This document shows, piece by piece, positions 60,820-64,000 of a stretch of DNA of 64,000 bases. The notes under the pieces are model-generated. The model ran no database searches and was not told the origin of the DNA. It worked only from the letters and a program-made list of their open reading frames with translations. Every line of letters starts with the position of its first letter. Position 1 is the stretch's first letter. Origin of the DNA: Nitrospirota bacterium. Its GTDB lineage: Bacteria > Nitrospirota > Nitrospiria > Nitrospirales > NS-4. The stretch spans positions 1 through 64,000 of the forward strand of contig CAWBGA010000013.1 in NCBI GenBank assembly GCA_963788195.1, written 5' to 3'. A program made the translations under genes and the position numbers.

Positions 60820-62211
60820 TGAAACCCCATCCCGTTCGCTACTCGCACCGATCCTGATCACTGCGCTCGCAGATCTTGCGGCATGCGCATCCCCTCCGGA
60901 CCCTGCTCCTGAAGCGGTGAAGGTCGACCACATGCCCTCGCGGGAGGTTGTCGCCGGGCTCATGGAGTCGGGCCGTCTGGCGATGACTCAGGGCCGATTG
61001 GATCGGGCGATTATCTCTGTATCGCCGTATTGGAGAGACCTATCCCAATGCGGCGGAACGGCCCGAAGCGACCTTACGGCTGGCGCAGGCCTTAGAACTT
61101 CACGGAGACAACGCGCTGGCCCTGATTGAGTATCAGCGGCTCACCGTCGAGTTTCCACAAGCGCCTCAGTCGCTGATGGCCAGGACGAAGGTAGCGCTCC
61201 TTGAACGTCGTGTCGGAGGTATTGCGTCCACCGTGGCTTCCCCCATGGCGGGGCCGGTGGCCGCGTATATTGATGTCTCGCAAATCGAGAGTATTGACGA
61301 GCAAGAGCTGCTTCGATTGCGACGAGCGGATACCGACACGGTCGTTGTGGAAGTCGCCCGTCAGGGTCTGTCACGGTCCGGCGGCCTGCCGCCCGGGGTG
61401 TATTTTAAGACGGACTGGGCGCCTGTTATTCGGGATCGATTGGCCGAGATCGTGGCAAGCGCCCATCGGCACCAGCTGGAGGCATGGGCCGCGCTCTCGA
61501 TTCGTCGTATGGATTGGATCGAAGCGTCCCTTGGCTGGTCGGACCGGCGCTATAATCCTGCCTCCGGGGAGCTGTCTGCCACGGACGGATTGGATTTGTT
61601 CCATCCGGCGGTTTGGGAATACCTTCTCGGGCTCTTGCTCGATCTCGCCGCGACCGGCATCGATGGGATCTTTTTGATGGCGGAGCCGCCGTCGACGGCC
61701 ATTGATGGATTCAGCCCATTCGCGCTCCGTGGCTATCAGCGGGACATGGGACAGGCTCTCGATGTTGCCCGACTTCGCCTCAATTTCAAGCCGGCGATAA
61801 GCTCCTCTCCCGAGTTTTGGCGATGGATCGGCTGGAAGCAACGCGAGCAACGCAAAGATCCTCGATGGTGTCATGCGAAGCCTGCGCAAGACGTATCCCG
61901 CGTTGAAGGTTGCGCTCGAAGTACATTCGGAGGCGATCACAAACCCTCGCGCTGCGCTTGCCTGGTACACGGAGAATTTTCTCGATCTCAGGCATGCTCG
62001 TCTCGATTATATTGCCGTCTCGCTCCCGGCGAGTCAGGCTGGCGCTGTCAAGCCGTTGATAGCGGGCATGAACGGGAAACGCCTCTGGGTTACGCGCGAG
62101 ACCGGGACATGTTTCCAACAGCATCCTCTCTTTTTTCCCAAGCGGTACCGGCTTGATTTACAAGGAGAAAGTCATTGGAGGTGGCTTGACAAAGGAGGGT
62201 CGCTAATCTAG
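60820..62211 (+). CDS. TPR lipoprotein fused to a PgaB-C/GH-like TIM-barrel domain; multiple frameshifts, ends approximate
   Basis: Lipobox-like LAAC; TPR pieces (YPNAAERPEA, ALIEYQRLTVEFP); GVYFKT, LDLFHP, IDGI, FWRWIGWK, AWYTENF. Confidence 0.5.
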
Positions 62212-62214
62212 CAT
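62186..62214 (+). promoter_or_regulatory. Sigma70-type promoter for gcvH-lpdA
   Basis: TTGACA-17 bp-TAGCAT. Confidence 0.55.
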
Positions 62215-62235
62215 CGCCGCTCAATAACACCAAGA

Positions 62236-62319
62236 AAAAGGGGGACAGATTTATTCTCTCTCTTGACCCCGGGAGGCGCGAACTCTCGCCAGGAAAACAA
62301 ACAAATCTGTCCCCCTTTT
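62236..62319. repeat. Short inverted-repeat (REP/MITE-like) element
   Basis: AAAAGGGGGACAGATTT ... AAATCTGTCCCCCTTTT, perfect 17-bp arms. Confidence 0.85.
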
Positions 62320-62381
62320 GAACACGCCAAGACAGGCTTTATTATGGAAGACGGCGCGCGTTTGGCAATTAAAGGAGCAAG

Positions 62382-62768
62382 ATGATTCCTGAAAATCTGC
62401 GTTACCACAAGGATCATGAATGGGTCCGCTCCGAAGGGGAGAAGGCGGTCATCGGGATCAGTGATCATGCCCAGGAAGCGTTGGGAGACATCGTCTTCTT
62501 TCAGCTTCCGAAGGTCGGCGACACGGTCACAGCAGGGCAGGAAATCGGTGAGGTGGAATCGACCAAGGCGACATCGTCCATTTATACGCCGGTCAGCGGC
62601 ACGGTGTCCAAAGTAAATCAGGCTTTAAACGATCGCCCGGAACTCGCGAACAAGGATGCTTACGGTGAGGGCTGGGTGGCCGTGATCGATCTCGCGCACC
62701 CAGAGGAGGTAGAAGGCCTGATGGACGCGAAAGCTTACGAAGAGTTTCTTAAGTCAGAATCGAAGTAG
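62382..62768 (+). CDS. gcvH: Glycine cleavage system H protein
   Basis: HEWV, GISDHAQEALGDIV, VESTKA lipoyl lysine. Confidence 0.96.
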   Translation: MIPENLRYHKDHEWVRSEGEKAVIGISDHAQEALGDIVFFQLPKVGDTVTAGQEIGEVESTKATSSIYTPVSGTVSKVNQALNDRPELANKDAYGEGWVAVIDLAHPEEVEGLMDAKAYEEFLKSESK

Positions 62769-62795
62769 CAGCTCAATCTCAGACTTTCCTGATCC

Positions 62796-64000
62796 ATGTC
62801 CGATCAGAAACACATTGTGATCATCGGCGCAGGCTCGGGCGGCTATGTGGCCGCGATCCGCGCCGCCCAACTCGGCGCCCGCGTGACGCTGGTCGAAAGC
62901 ACCGCCGTGGGCGGCCTCTGCCTGAACTGGGGTTGTATTCCGAGCAAGGCTCTCTTGGCGTGTGCGGAACTCGCGAACAAGATCAAGAAGGCCGAGGAAT
63001 TCGGCATCCTGTTGTCAGGCCCGGTCTCCTATGACCTCGCGCGCATGGTGGCGCGCAAAAACAAGATTGTCGGCACGCTCGTCAAAGGGATTCGCTCGTT
63101 GCTGTCCACGTGGAAAATAGATCTCCTCGACGGTCGCGGAGCGCTGGTTGGTGGCGAGAAGGTCCAGGTCGTCAAGGCTGACGGAACGGAGGCTCTTCTT
63201 GCACCGGATGCGGTGATCCTGGGCACCGGCACATTGTCGCCGGCCTTGCCGAATCTTCCGCTTGATGGGGTGCGGATCCTCAGCAGCCGGGAAATTCTGG
63301 ATCTCACGACGGTGCCGGACAGCCTGCTCATCGTGGGCGGAGGCGTCGAGGGATGTGAGTTCGCCTCACTGTTCAGCGCGCTGGGTACGCGGGTCACGAT
63401 CGTTGAAATGCTTTCCCGAATCCTTCCCGGCGAGGACGAGGAGGTGTCGGCTCTCTTGGCCGCGGAATTGAAGAAGCAGGGGGTCAGCATCTTCACCGGT
63501 ACTCGCGTGGACAAGGTGTCTGTCGCGGCGGATGGGGTGACGACGAGCTTTGCAACGAGCGGGCCCGTCACTTTCGAAAAGGTGCTTGTCTCCGTCGGTA
63601 GGCGCTTTAATAGCGCCGGACTCGGACTGGAAGCCGCCGGTGTCGCGCTCGGCCAACGAGGAGAGATTCTGGTCAACTCAAAGAATGGAAACAAACCACG
63701 CCGGCATCTATGCCATTGGGGATGTTGTGGGGACGGCGATGTTGGCACATGTCGCCTCGGCGCAAGGGAAAGTTGCCGTGCGCAATATCCTCGGCCAGCC
63801 GGCCGAGATGCGCTATGACGTTATCCCGGCGGGCATCTTCACGTTCCCGGAAATCGGGCGTGTCGGTCTCACTGAGAATGAAGCGAGACAGCAGGGAATG
63901 GAAGTCAGAATCGGCAAGTTCCGTCCTGTCGGTCTCGGCAAAGCTCATGCGACCGGCGAGACCGCGGGGTTGATGAAGATCGTCACCGACGCCAAGAGTC
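62796..64000 (+). CDS. lpdA: Dihydrolipoyl dehydrogenase; frameshift near 63685, runs off the window edge
   Basis: GAGSGGYVAAIRAAQLG, GGLCLNWGCIPSK; METNHAGIYAIGDV..LAHVA in the shifted frame. Confidence 0.95.

Noticed and set aside
62215..62381. Glycine riboswitch upstream of gcvH
   Set aside because: Conserved GGAGA..CCGAAG..CTCTCAGG elements not found; the structure is a simple inverted repeat.

Overview
Bacterial chromosomal window, most likely from a Nitrospirota (Nitrospira-like) organism. The taxon is inferred from gene content and order, not from a search. The left core part holds a biotin-dependent carboxylase pair (pycB/pycA-like) and hemE-hemH-hemY. The right core part holds chdC-like, cinA-thpR-recA-recX-alaS-mltG, mtnA, ndk, gcvH and lpdA. 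An accessory region at about 14.6-40.6 kb lies downstream of a minus-strand tRNA-Met(CAT) and is rich in stress genes (SoxCD-like sulfite dehydrogenase, thioredoxin, CBS, HdeD, treZ, Ku-LigD, Hsp20, hemerythrin). It ends in a 3.3 kb islet bounded by the tRNA and a duplicate of its 3' half; the islet carries a catalase and an integrase remnant. The most unusual items are (1) a modular intergenic repeat family with a covarying hairpin plus GGGCGGGTGCAA tail, found in predicted 5' leaders including that of hemE, (2) a J-domain/ERCC4-nuclease fusion next to a TIR-transmembrane-TPR protein, and (3) a hypothetical protein resembling a sigma-70 region-4 HTH split by a coiled-coil insert and fused to a zinc anti-sigma-like finger. 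Many genes, including housekeeping ones, have single-base frameshifts, which are probably read or assembly errors. All protein calls come from motif recognition by eye.
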